From positions 912,613 to 976,612 of the forward strand of contig BCKZ01000001.1 of NCBI GenBank assembly GCA_001600815.1: DNA of 64,000 nt, read 5' to 3'. Made by a program: the position numbers and the translations under genes. The notes beneath the pieces were generated by a model. The model searched no databases, had not been told where the DNA came from, and saw only the letters and a list, made by a program, of their open reading frames with translations. Shown one piece after another: positions 12,069 to 23,932 of the stretch; positions within the stretch are counted from its first letter, which is position 1; every line of letters begins with the position of its first letter. Origin of the DNA: Alloascoidea hylecoeti (Eukaryota).

Positions 12069-13076
12069 TTAAGTGTCGCTCATAAGACTCTGAGAATCAT
12101 CGCCAAGTTCTTTCTTTAATAACATATCAAACAACTGTTCCTTTTTACACCATAGTCTCCTTTTCTTCTCCGTTAACTTGGATAGATCACCAGATAGCTC
12201 ATTCTCCAATTCCAATTCCCATAATAACTTTCTTTTTAAATGTCCTAATTTGTCTTTCAATTCATCAAGTGATTGTAAATTGTCAATCTCGGGATCACTT
12301 TTGTTTTCTATCGAATCATTTGTCTTTGACTCGGTTTTCTTACTATGCCCATTTGTCTTATTATTATTACTATTTGCATGCTTTTGAGTTCCTTCTTTTT
12401 GAGTTTCTATTTCTTCCTTCTCGGGCCGTGGTTGGTCTAATTGACTTCTATACTTCCGAGCTGAAGGTGCAACACTACTTAGATCGGGTAAAGTATCGGG
12501 ACTTATTATTATTGGCTCATTCTTCAGTATGTGTGAATGTGTATGTTTTGTTAGTTTATAATTTTTTCCAACTCCATATATTGTACATATTCCTTCCTGA
12601 TGCCACCATGGTAAGGAGTCTACTGACTTATTTGGGTTTGCTTCATGAACTGTCCTCATATGCTTAGCAAGAGCGTCTGAGCGTGTAAAATTTTTATTGC
12701 ATTCAGGAATAATACAATAGAATGGCTTTTCACCAGTGTGACTTCTCATATGTGAAACTAGGGCAAATCGAGACGGCTGTAATATCCCCATTCGTGTGCA
12801 TCCTGACCATTCACATGTATATTTTGGTTGTCGAACTCCAATGTGTACCTCGACTAAATGGCTTACTAAAGAAGGTCTAGTTGGTAAAGTAGCATCACAT
12901 CCCGCCCATCTACATACAATCTTTTCTTTCCTTCTTTCTTCATCAAAGTCTGACTCGTCAGAAGCTGTATCATAGCACATATCGGAAAAATTTGAGGAGT
13001 CTGAGTCGTCTTCATTCCCTAGTTGTGGCATTGTCCTGTCTGCCACTGGATGGGTTAGTGGAATGTCTGTGCTCAT
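12069..13076 (-). CDS. C2H2 zinc-finger protein, Iec1-like (INO80-associated in S. pombe)
   Basis: Three GLI/YY1-type fingers CRWAGC...HIG...YTCEWSGC..SRFALVSHMRSHTGEKPFYCIIPECNKNFTRSDALAKHMRTVHE, plus C-terminal coiled coil. Confidence 0.75.
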   Translation of the reverse strand: MSTDIPLTHPVADRTMPQLGNEDDSDSSNFSDMCYDTASDESDFDEERRKEKIVCRWAGCDATLPTRPSLVSHLVEVHIGVRQPKYTCEWSGCTRMGILQPSRFALVSHMRSHTGEKPFYCIIPECNKNFTRSDALAKHMRTVHEANPNKSVDSLPWWHQEGICTIYGVGKNYKLTKHTHSHILKNEPIIISPDTLPDLSSVAPSARKYRSQLDQPRPEKEEIETQKEGTQKHANSNNNKTNGHSKKTESKTNDSIENKSDPEIDNLQSLDELKDKLGHLKRKLLWELELENELSGDLSKLTEKKRRLWCKKEQLFDMLLKKELGDDSQSLMSDT

Positions 13077-13248
13077 TGTGAAACAAATTAATTAACTAGA
13101 AATGAGAGAAGTGAGTGTTGAGTGTAGACAAAACTCTGTTGAAGGGGTGGATGGCTGTTTACCCGTGCAACATGTGAAACTAAATTTAAAGGTTTCCCCG
13201 CTATGCTTATAAAAGGAGCTAGACATCTCAAATATATCAAAATCAAAA

Positions 13249-14121
13249 ATGCCAAACACTCTCGATTCTTCATTCCTACAAAGAACTTCCTTTAAACCAG
13301 ACACCTTCAAGGGAAAGGTTGTTTTTGTCACTGGAGGTGCCGGGACAATTTGTCGTGTTCAAGTTGAAGCCATGGTTCTTTTAGGTGCAAATGCATCCAT
13401 TATTGGAAGAAACGAAAAGAAAACCCTTGATGCTGCTAAAGAGATATCCAATATACGTCCTGGTGCAAAGGTGATTGGAATTGGTAATGTAGATGTTCGA
13501 GATGTTAAGAGTTTAGTTTCTGCCGCTGAAAAAACCGTCTTGGAACTTGGTAAAATCGATTTTGTTATTGCTGGTGCAGCCGGAAATTTTATAAGTGATT
13601 TTAATCATCTTTCTTCAAATGCTTTTAAATCAGTCATTGCAATTGATCTATTAGGTAGTTATAATACTGTCAAGGCAACTTTTGGAGAATTGAAGAAAAA
13701 TAAAGGCGTACTTTTATTCGTTTCTGCTACTTTACATTATCAAGGTGTTCCTTTCCAATCACATGTCGGTGCTGCTAAAGCTGGAATTGATGCTCTATCA
13801 CAGGCTCTTGCCGTTGAATTCGGTCCATTGGGTATCCGCTCTAACGTAATTGCTCCAGGAGCTATTGGTGGAACAGAAGGAATGGAAAGATTACATAATG
13901 ATCCTGCTGGTCTGATAAAACATGTTCCATTACAAAGATTGGGTAAAACTGAAGATATTGCTGATGCTACTTGTTATTTGTTTTCACCCGCCGCGAATTA
14001 TGTAACGGGAACAAAGCTAGTTGTTGACGGAGGATTATATCATTTTGGTGCTGGGCCTGCAAGTTCTGCAGTTTATCCTGATGTTATAGTTAATCAACTT
14101 AATCTACCTGGAAAATTATAA
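13249..14121 (+). CDS. SPS19: Peroxisomal 2,4-dienoyl-CoA reductase
   Basis: SDR motif TGGAGTIC, AGAAGNF, SATLHY..PFQSHVGAAKAGID; C-terminal GKL (PTS1-like). Confidence 0.93.
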   Translation: MPNTLDSSFLQRTSFKPDTFKGKVVFVTGGAGTICRVQVEAMVLLGANASIIGRNEKKTLDAAKEISNIRPGAKVIGIGNVDVRDVKSLVSAAEKTVLELGKIDFVIAGAAGNFISDFNHLSSNAFKSVIAIDLLGSYNTVKATFGELKKNKGVLLFVSATLHYQGVPFQSHVGAAKAGIDALSQALAVEFGPLGIRSNVIAPGAIGGTEGMERLHNDPAGLIKHVPLQRLGKTEDIADATCYLFSPAANYVTGTKLVVDGGLYHFGAGPASSAVYPDVIVNQLNLPGKL

Positions 14122-14252
14122 TGCATTGGATGTTATAATACCTATTTTTATCTATATCTTTTAATATATAAAATTCAATATAAGTGCAAGTATGTAATTA
14201 TAAATCAATTTTAAGGCAAACCAGATGTTCCTTTTCATTCCAGATAGATTGT

Positions 14253-15028
14253 TTAGTTTGTGATTTCCACAACTTGATCAACTCCTTCATATGAAGGAAC
14301 TTCAACATTCCATTTTTCTGCCAAATCTTTCCAAACGAATCTACCTCCAACAAAATGTCGCCCTTTAAAAAATTTGGCCGCTGGTTTGGGTGCCGTTAAA
14401 CTAACCAAAACCTCCGGATGGAACTTGGATGCCGTCTTATTCGGACCATCATCAACATCCCATGATGATGGAATATCTACACTGATAACGGGTGTTTTTT
14501 CTTCATCAGACTTAATTGAATTATTTTCCAAAACATCAATTACTTTATCAAAAGGTGGTCTAATAGGTGGATGAAATGAAAACCCAAATAATGCATCAAT
14601 AATTGAATTTGTTTTTAATACTTCTTCATCATCAAATTTATCAATAAATTCAATTCCAAAATTTCTCAATTGAGTTTCTAATCTTTTAAATAAATCACCC
14701 TTTGTTTTAATTGGGTAAAAAACTTTTGGTATATAACCAAATAATTGAAGATGTCTTGCAGCAACTAAACCATCACCACCATTATTTCCCGGACCTACCA
14801 ATATAAGAACCTTTGGATATTTTGATGGTGGGTACGTTTTATAGACTGCCTGTGCTACTGATAAACCAGCTAGTTCCATTAATTGATCAATAGAGAACCC
14901 ACCTGTTGACATTAACTCCCTATCAAGCTGGGCTGCCGCTTTTGCTGCAATTACCTTGAAAGTGTCAGATGTTAGCTTATTTTCGAGTGATAGCAGCCGT
15001 AAGCATATCAACATACTTTAAAGGACAT
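14253..15028 (-). CDS. NNR1: NAD(P)H-hydrate epimerase (YjeF_N). Exons 15028-15017 and 14954-14253
   Basis: QLMELAGLSVA, GPGNNGGDGLV, DALFGFSF, SVDIPSSWDV; intron 14955-15016 GTATGT...GCTAAC...CAAG gives MSFK|VIAAK. Confidence 0.92.
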
Positions 15029-15518
15029 TATTTAATGTATTTTATAATTCACAAGAGATTAATTGAATGCTGAAATAAAACTTAAGAAGATCTGGTGATC
15101 TCTTATAAATCAATGATTATACCACATTACAGCTATATTAGAATATCTTAAATCTCAATTAGGATGTTGAATATTAAGGAACTTCTCATAGCATTATAAT
15201 AAATCATAGCTAAATCTCATGATTTACTACTGTCATGATCATATTAACTTATTAAATGTTTTAGGAGTTAGTGCTAACTCTGCATCGTGTACCTATGTTA
15301 ATTTGAAATAAGCCCCAATATACACTACTACTAGTACTCTGACAGTGGTTGAGGGAAGTCAAGTGTATTTAATAGGATTTTAAAGCTTATGATAACACTT
15401 ATACAAATTAAATATAATGTGTATGTTTTATGATGAAATTTAAATTATCTTTTCTGTGAACTGTGATTTTTCCTACATCCTCAGGTCCTGAGACAGAATC
15501 CCGAAAACCTCGTTCAAA

Positions 15519-15614
15519 GGGTGCTTGGCCGAGTGGTCTAAGGCGTCAGATTTAGGTTCTCCTTTAAAAACTCTGATATCTTCGGATGCGCGAGTTCGAA
15601 TCTCGTGGCACTCA
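15519..15614 (+). tRNA. tRNA-Leu (anticodon TAG) with ~14-nt intron (15557-15570)
   Basis: Acceptor stem GGGTGCT/GGCACTC, D-arm GGCCGAGTGGTCTAAGGC, anticodon stem TCAGA/TCTGA around TT-TAG-G, long variable arm, GTTCGAATC. Confidence 0.93.
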
Positions 15615-16209
15615 ATAAATTTTTGCTTCCTCAAAAGTTTACACGTGTAGCTGTCAGAAAGAGCTAAACGTGCCAACTCTACCAATTGCAAGTGCCCTGT
15701 GGCCCTAGGTGTATTTATTGAATTTCTTCCACACGTTTCAGTCCTCAAAATAGAGGGGTTTTGACCTTTTAATCACATGAAGAACTTACGAGTAGCCACT
15801 GCATTGTGGGACATGTTGCTTTTCCTCCAGAAATCTGGGGATTAGAGAGCCATAATTAATATTTTAGTCTCTCATTCTGGGCATTCGAATTTGTGTTTTT
15901 TCCGGCTTCAGTCAAACATCTCTGATACCATTGAGTCGGCTTGCCATCAGGAATCTTTCTACAATTTTTGTGATTAAAGTTAAACTCATGAAATTAAGTT
16001 AATAATCAGCTTTTGGGAGGTGGAGAAAAAAAAGGAACTAGCAATATTTTTTCTGGAGACTGTATTTAGTTGTTTCTTTTTGGGTATCATAGGAAAATTT
16101 GTTTATCTTTTTTTTTTTACTTTATCATTTTATTATAAATTATAAAAATCTATAAAAAGGTTAAAACGTAAGTTTCCCGCTCTAAATGAGAGATAAAAAG
16201 TAACTATTT

Positions 16210-16283
16210 TGGTCTCTAGCAGGATCGAACTGCTGATCCCCGCGTTATTAGCACGGTGCCTTAACCAACTGGGCCAAGAGACC
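16210..16283 (-). tRNA. tRNA-Ile (anticodon AAT)
   Basis: Reverse complement GGTCTCTTGGCCCAGTTGGTTAAGGCACCGTGCT-AAT-AACGCGGGGATCAGCAGTTCGATCCTGCTAGAGACCA. Confidence 0.96.
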
Positions 16284-18340
16284 AACGATGAAGGGGTGAT
16301 ATTGGCTTCCTAGTCATCAGAATTTAGTCCTCATATTCCTGTCGACGTATGTTATATAGTTTCTAGTTGGTCATTTAATTGAAAATTATGTGCATAGTTA
16401 AAAAAAAAGATTAGAGATTAGTTCGTCTATAATATATAAGCGCGCGCCAATTTCCCCACTATTTTATCTGTTTGTTCTTTTCATTAAGTAATACCCTCAT
16501 TAATATTGTTTCAATTAGATTTGAATTCCATCGCTAGATTCGCTGCTAAAAGCTTATAAGTGATTTCCAAAAGGGAGAAAGAATTAATAATAAATGGTAG
16601 AAATTATACCTTGCAAAAGATATAATAACGTAGTAATTGTATGAAGCTATATAATATTCCTATACATGGATTTGATCAGTTCTACCATTATAATAAATTT
16701 CTAATTGAAGATGCTTTATTGCATTATATTTTTAATATATTGTTACTCCATGGAGAAAAATATCTCATTTGGAAATATAATTGACATTAATATTAATGGT
16801 ATTGTACATTGTAGTTCAATTGTATTAACGGTGGGGGAGGTAATTGAATTAATATACAATTGGCCATGGAATATTTCTTTGATAATGATATCGCTAAGTT
16901 CTTTGTTAACGTTAATATAATTAAATTTGTTTAATTATACAAAGAGGAACCATGTTGCAATTGGGCTTTTGGTGGAGGGGAAATAGAGTTGGGGGTTAGG
17001 TCATATCACCGTAGCTATAGCCAACGATTGAGTTCATACCGTTATATAATATTACCCATGAATCTGTTGTATTTTCCCTTTTCCTTCGTGGTAACGTAGG
17101 ATATATCTCTGATAAATAAATATGAACTTCATAGCTATAGAAAACTTGGAATGTGGTTATTTGTAGCTCTAGCGCTATTTTGTTGGAACCTATTTTAAAT
17201 TCCATATATGCTCTGCAAATTCTCCACTGTAATTATAACAAAATAACATTGAAGGTCTCGAGCACAAACTCAAGCTGGGCTCTTAACTAAACTTCATCAT
17301 TAACAATGAACGTTGACTATATATCTATAATGAAGTCAAGTAGAGCTGTAATATTATTATCACAAACGTTTATCTTCGTTAAGCTTCTATATAAAGTACT
17401 TCCACTTAATTTAGGCCACCTTTTAAGAAATTACTGGTATATGGAAACAACGTATACGATGCTGACCATAGCTATAGCCAATCATACAATTGTCGCGGAC
17501 AGTGATGGCGAGAATTATAATTATAATATCAGTATCAAAGATAATATTCTAATATTCCGAGCGGGAAACAATAATATTGAATACAAGTTGTATTCGGCTG
17601 CATAAATGATCTGAAAAATATTAAATCAGATTTATAATCACTTATTGTCGATTTGTCATAGAACTATGCATGCATTTTCGTTTAATCAAAACATGAGAGT
17701 GCAATTGTGATGTGAAGGTGGAGGAATACGGAGATGTCAAGTCTGAAAGAAAAGATTAAGTTTTCAACTAGCCGGCCAACTGCATATCCATTGGACCATG
17801 CTACAAGTTTACCGGAATATTATACAATTATGGGATGAACATGGCATGCAATTCTCAGACTCCGCTGCAAGAATTACCGTAATATATTATTCCTGAGCAT
17901 GATCATAGAAGATCGCCGAATGTCGAACCTCCAGTTGTGAAGACATATTGGCTGCGTGGGCTCCTCCAGTCTCAAGACCCGGAATTGGCGTGTTAGGTGG
18001 CCTTTTTAAAGATTCCCGAACCTAAATAGCAGACACGCTATGTTCACCCTCACTTTAAATAGTGCTGGAGCAGGCCCAGTCCCAATCCGACGGTGAGGAG
18101 TGGACAAACAAAAGATCTAATTTTTAAATTTAATTTATTATTTTAAAAGATGGAGATTTTGCGGAGGACTAAAATTATATGCACCTACGGTTTTAACTAT
18201 AAGCATGGTTACGTATAAAACAGACACTTTTTCCGTCCAACCTCTTTGCTCCTTTTCTTTCTTCTTCGCTACTTCCATCCGATCTTTCCCTTAAATTTCC
18301 GTTTGGTTTCCAACTTATTCCTTATTATTTATTATTCTCC

Positions 18341-20101
18341 ATGAGTGTTCCTCTTATTGCTTCCGTCGATGTCGGTACCACATCCACAAGAATCATCTTG
18401 TTTTCCAAGCAAGGTAAACCGATTTTAACCCATCAGATTGAATACTCCACAACTGCTTCAATGAATAAAGATGATAAATTCTCACCAACTGGTACCTCCA
18501 AATTATCCGCCGAGGGTATTAGAATTAGACCAGGTAGACATTTAGAAATTGAATCTGGTAAAAATGTTGAAGGTCCAACCTTAAGATTCCCCGAACCTGG
18601 TTGGGTTGAGGTTGTACCAAGTCATATTGTTGGTAATGTTTTAAAATGTTTATCGATTATCGGTAAAGATTTAAAAAAACTAAACTCTTCAAGATCAAAC
18701 GGTGAAGACTATTATATTTCTGGTTTTGGTATTACAAATATGAGAGAAACAACTATTTTATTTTCAAAAAAAACTGGTTTACCTTTATATAATGGTATTG
18801 TTTGGAATGATACAAGAACAAATGCAATTGTTGCAAGAATTAAAAAATCCGTTTCCGCTGAAAGATTAGAAGAAATTAGAAAATTATCTGGTATTCCAAT
18901 GTCTTCTTATTTCTCTGCTCTTAAACTACAATGGATGTTTGAAAATGTTCCAGCTGTTCAAGAAGCTTATGAACAAAATGATTTAATGTTTTCAACCGTT
19001 GATACTTGGTTAATTTATACTTTAACAAAAGAGCATGCACATGTTACTGATGTTACAAATGCTTGTAGAACCATGTTTATGAACATCGATACTTTGAAAT
19101 ATGATGATGAATTACTTGATTTCTGGAAATTGGATAAAAAGAAGATTAATTTACCTGAAATCAGATCATCTTCTGAATTATACGGTCATTTTGCAATTAC
19201 TAAAGAAACAATTAAAAGTTTAGGTATTGACGTTGATACAAAGGATCTAGAATATATTTCAGATGTACCAATCGCTGGATGTCTTGGTGATCAATCTGCC
19301 TCAATGGTTGGTCAATTAGCTTTCGAATCTGGTAGTGCTAAAAATACTTATGGTACTGGTTGTTTCTTACTTTATAATACTGGCCATGAAAAGATGATTA
19401 GTAACAACGGTGCTTTAACAACACTTGGTTATTGGTTTAAAGATTTACAAGGTGATGATAAAAAACCTTGTTATGCTTTAGAAGGTTCAATCGCTGTGGC
19501 AGGTTCTTCTGTTCAATGGTTAAGGGATAATTTAAGATTAATCAACAGATCTGCTGATGTTGGTCCATTAGCTTCACAAGTTTCAAACACTGGTGGTGTT
19601 GTATTTGTTCCTGCATTTTCTGGTTTGTTTGCTCCATATTGGGATTCAGATGCAAGAGGTACAATTTTTGGTATTACTCAATATACAAACTCTTCTCATA
19701 TTGCAAGAGCAGCTATTGAAGGTGTTTGTTATCAAACCCTTGCTATTTTAAAAGCAATGGAAAAGGATTCAGGTATGGGTTTGAAGATTTTAAAGGTTGA
19801 TGGTGGTATGTCTCAATCCAATGAAGTTATGCAAATTCAATCTGATATCTTGGGTGATGAAGTTACAGTTGAAAGAATGGGTATGCCTGAATGTACTGCT
19901 TTAGGTGCTGCAATTGCTGCTGGTTTATCTGGTTCAGTTGGTCTTTGGAAGAGTATTAAAGAAGTTACTGATTCAATTGGTAATGGTGTCGGTGGAGACA
20001 AATTCACTTGTACTTCTGATGAAGAAAAAAGAAATGCTGATTATAAAAGATGGGAGAAAGCTATTGAAAGAGCTAAAGGTTGGATGGCCGATGAGCTATA
20101 A
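18341..20101 (+). CDS. GUT1: Glycerol kinase
   Basis: FGGY motifs DVGTTSTR, GITNMRETT, VWNDTR, GDQSA, KNTYGTGCF, FSGLFAPYW. Confidence 0.95.
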   Translation: MSVPLIASVDVGTTSTRIILFSKQGKPILTHQIEYSTTASMNKDDKFSPTGTSKLSAEGIRIRPGRHLEIESGKNVEGPTLRFPEPGWVEVVPSHIVGNVLKCLSIIGKDLKKLNSSRSNGEDYYISGFGITNMRETTILFSKKTGLPLYNGIVWNDTRTNAIVARIKKSVSAERLEEIRKLSGIPMSSYFSALKLQWMFENVPAVQEAYEQNDLMFSTVDTWLIYTLTKEHAHVTDVTNACRTMFMNIDTLKYDDELLDFWKLDKKKINLPEIRSSSELYGHFAITKETIKSLGIDVDTKDLEYISDVPIAGCLGDQSASMVGQLAFESGSAKNTYGTGCFLLYNTGHEKMISNNGALTTLGYWFKDLQGDDKKPCYALEGSIAVAGSSVQWLRDNLRLINRSADVGPLASQVSNTGGVVFVPAFSGLFAPYWDSDARGTIFGITQYTNSSHIARAAIEGVCYQTLAILKAMEKDSGMGLKILKVDGGMSQSNEVMQIQSDILGDEVTVERMGMPECTALGAAIAAGLSGSVGLWKSIKEVTDSIGNGVGGDKFTCTSDEEKRNADYKRWEKAIERAKGWMADEL

Positions 20102-21121
20102 GCTTTTTAATTTATCATGATGATAAAAAAGAGATGACTATAAATTGTCTTCTTATTAATATTATTATTATAAAAATATGTTCAATATTGCCAATTGTAA
20201 GTATATATAGTAGTTGAGTTATTAATGTGTAATGATGATTTTTATTTTTAATCTATATATATTTATGTATATTGTTGAAAGCTTATATATAGATTAATTT
20301 TCATATATTTTAACGGACGAATCCTAGATCTACTTCGATATTTCTGTATTTCAAATACAGAGTGTTATTGTGAAAGATTATAGCACCAGGTCAAGAACGA
20401 ATTTAAAATCACGATTTTTATTTAGGGTCATGACCCGAAAGAAAAGCATAAGTTTATTCTTGGCCTGTTTGTATACAAACAACACAAAATTCACACTCAA
20501 TTATATCAGCAGTAGGATTTTCAATTAATTGCAAGTCTGTGTTCATGACGACTGCATATGTCGTTACGCCGTTTTACAGTTATATCTATAGAAACTGCCA
20601 AATATGGCTATAGCTATGTATCAAAATGCAGCAGGCTCGTGATATTTTTGCTGTAGATCTTCTGAATTTGTCCTTATCTTTTAAAATTAAATATTTCAGT
20701 TGTGATTTCCAGAATTTCTCGTAAGCGCGCGAATCAGAATGCTGCCACGGTTAGAATACAAACAACGTTAGCACAATATTAATCGGCCCCGGGCCTTGGA
20801 ATTAAGAGACATTAATATTCTATTTATCACCATATGCATCGATATCGGTGGAGAAACGGCCAAGAAGAGGGACAAGGAGGCATAATTAATATAGTCTAAT
20901 TTTAGTCTGGTTCTTGTTATGATATTTATAAAAATGTTAAAAGCAGCATAGCTGATTAACCATAATAGCTTTTTCCGCTATTCTCATTGGCTGATTCCTT
21001 ATCAGAACGGCTAACGCTATATTTATCTATATTCATCTTATATTTATACATGATATAAAATGCCCTAAATGTCCGTTTATTCGACTTCTGTCTCTGATTT
21101 GTTTCTCGTTTTCCATTTATT

Positions 21122-22234
21122 ATGTCTTCTTCAATCGTCTCAAGTACCGCCACTCTTCAGAAGTATCTCGACCTCCCACAAAACGGTAAGGTTATAGCTG
21201 AATACGTTTGGATTGATGGTACAGCTTCTCTTCGTTCGAAAGGTAGAACACTCAATAAAAAACCCTCAAGTGTTAGTGAATTACCAGAGTGGAATTTCGA
21301 CGGTTCTTCAACAAACCAAGCACCTGGCCATGACTCAGATGTCTATTTAAAGCCTGTCTCCTTCTACCCAGATCCATTCCGTGGAGGTGATAATATTGTT
21401 GTTTTAGCTGAATGTTGGAATAACGATGGTACCCCTAATAAATTCAATCATCGACATGAAGCTGCTAAATTAATGGAAGCTCACAAAGATTCAAAAGTTT
21501 GGTTTGGTCTAGAACAAGAATATACTTTATTCGATCAATATGATGATGTCTACGGTTGGCCAAAAGGTGGGTTCCCTGCCCCACAAGGTCCATACTATTG
21601 TGGTGTTGGTGCTGGAAAAGTCTTTGCAAGAGATGTTATCGAAGCCCATTATAAAGCTTGTCTATACGCCGGTATTGAAATCTCGGGTATCAATGCCGAA
21701 GTTATGCCATCACAATGGGAATTTCAAGTTGGACCATGTGAAGGAATCAAAATGGGTGATGAATTATGGATCGCTCGTTACTTCTTACATCGTGTTGCTG
21801 AAGATTTTGGTGTTAAGGTTTCTTTACATCCAAAACCACTTAAAGGTGATTGGAATGGTGCAGGTTGTCACACAAACGTTTCAACCGTTGCAATGAGAAA
21901 ACCAGGCGGTATGAAATACATTGAAGAAGCAATTGCTAAATTGGGTAAAAGACATGCCGAGCATATCGCTTTATACGGTACTGATAATGAACAACGTTTA
22001 ACAGGTAAACACGAAACTGCTTCCATGTCTTCCTTTTCATATGGTGTTGCAAATAGAGGTGCTTCTATCAGAATTCCAAGATCTGTTAGTAAGGAGGGTT
22101 ATGGATATTTTGAAGATAGAAGACCTGCTTCAAATATTGATCCTTATTTAGTGACAGGTATTATGGTTGAAACCATCTGTGGTTCAATCCCTGAAGCCAA
22201 TATTGTTGCTGATTTCAAGAGGGAAAGTGCTTAA
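21122..22234 (+). CDS. GLN1: Glutamine synthetase (type II)
   Basis: [41 protein letters not shown]. Confidence 0.98.
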   Translation: MSSSIVSSTATLQKYLDLPQNGKVIAEYVWIDGTASLRSKGRTLNKKPSSVSELPEWNFDGSSTNQAPGHDSDVYLKPVSFYPDPFRGGDNIVVLAECWNNDGTPNKFNHRHEAAKLMEAHKDSKVWFGLEQEYTLFDQYDDVYGWPKGGFPAPQGPYYCGVGAGKVFARDVIEAHYKACLYAGIEISGINAEVMPSQWEFQVGPCEGIKMGDELWIARYFLHRVAEDFGVKVSLHPKPLKGDWNGAGCHTNVSTVAMRKPGGMKYIEEAIAKLGKRHAEHIALYGTDNEQRLTGKHETASMSSFSYGVANRGASIRIPRSVSKEGYGYFEDRRPASNIDPYLVTGIMVETICGSIPEANIVADFKRESA

Positions 22235-23932
22235 TCTATTTAGCTTATTTCGCTGTTGGATAAACTGAGATGAAACAACTTATGGTTATGATACACGATT
22301 TTTTTCCTTTCTATTTCTAAATTTTTTTTGATAAATAAAAATATATATTATATTGACAAAAGAACAGAAGTTATAAAGTTTGATCATATTTATTATCCTA
22401 GAAATTGAAAAACATAACGCTATAAAACGAAGAGAAAAAATGTAGTTGCTAATATAAGATTCCATATACTAATTAGCTGTAAGAATACTGTAGTGTTCGA
22501 AACGATCATGCTGGCTGGCCATTGGTGTGGTGGTACTGTTCATGGCGCTTCTGGAACTAGTAATCTCTAAGCTGCTGTATAAAAGGCTCATTAACTATAT
22601 TTTTATAATGTTAAACAAAATGTCAAAAATAAAGATACAACTTTATAACTTTCAAGTTATATAAAAAGTATACTATACCTCGTGATCCATTGATATCGTC
22701 TTCAAGTTCACGTGTTGGTAATCTATAACCATTTAAGGGAAGACTTTGGCAGTATGAAATAACAAATTGTAATGACATTTTTGAATTATAAGTGGCGATA
22801 AATATTAGTGAAATCTTAATGAATGAAGAGAAACGTTTAAACGAATTGTTAGTGCTTTTTATACATTCTCAAAACGGTTTTATTTGATTCAATTTAGGTC
22901 ACAACACCACAAAAATTTACTATAAGGTCATTTGTATTAATTTAGGATCATCGTAATAAAAATTCCAAATTTACGGATTGGGAAGTGAAGAGCCATTCGC
23001 CGATTGTGTGGTTGAGGTTAGGAACAGAAAGAAAGAGAGGAAAAGAAGATATTAAAACCCTAAATTGGCATCTGCATGAATACTGTGATCGGATATGGGA
23101 TAAGATCAGTTTCGGGTTTTAGGTTTTATAACCGACTACACATGCACCCACCATAGTCTCTAGTTCAATTATATATAATGATTTTGTTTAAACATAGTAT
23201 AAATCATGTAATGGCGTTACTAGTTATATATAAATTAAGTCTAGCGATAAATCACGAAAGAAATTATGTTCAGCAATTATAAATTAAAAAAAAGTTTTGC
23301 TTTACAAAAATGAGATATTACTATAATAATCGAGATTAGTAGATCTAAATTTGAGTTCCGGAAATGGTTTGTCGGATTTTGAAACAATTTCGGGTTTGAA
23401 AATTTAGAGATAAACCGAAACTTTACATAAAGGGAAATGTTATATAAAGCCTGAACAACACAACAGGTGGTGTAATCATCATAATTATAAATTTTAAATG
23501 AATCAGAAATATTTAGCTCAGAATTATGGTTAATAACTTAATATTAAATGGTGGGGAGTGCCCGTTTTGGGATATTTTGAAAATCACTTCTAAATAATTC
23601 TAATTGATCTTAGTTCAATTGAAATCAATATTGATAATATTATCAATTTTATATATAAAACAAATTCAAGACAAATTATATCAAAACTTAAGAACATATC
23701 TTTCAAACAAAATCTAAATGAACGAAGTTATATATATACTTATATTATAAAGCATTAAATCAAAATCAATAAATATAATAAAAATTCTTTAGTCCCTAAT
23801 TTATTCTAAAATTTTAGAATATAATTATAAGGAGTCATGTATAAACATATTGTAAAAGAAAACAAATCGGAAACAAATTAAATTGTAAATTTAAACCAAC
23901 ACTTCACTTAACTTCCCCTTATAAAATTTCAA

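Noticed and set aside
15780..15975. Specific call as U1, U5 or telomerase RNA
   Set aside because: No ATACTTACCT 5' end, no GCCTTTTAC loop, no evident telomeric template; only an Sm-like run.
23090..23420. Scattered TTCGG(G/A)TTT / CCGAAA motifs as transposon subterminal repeats
   Set aside because: Too short and irregular to support; no termini identified.
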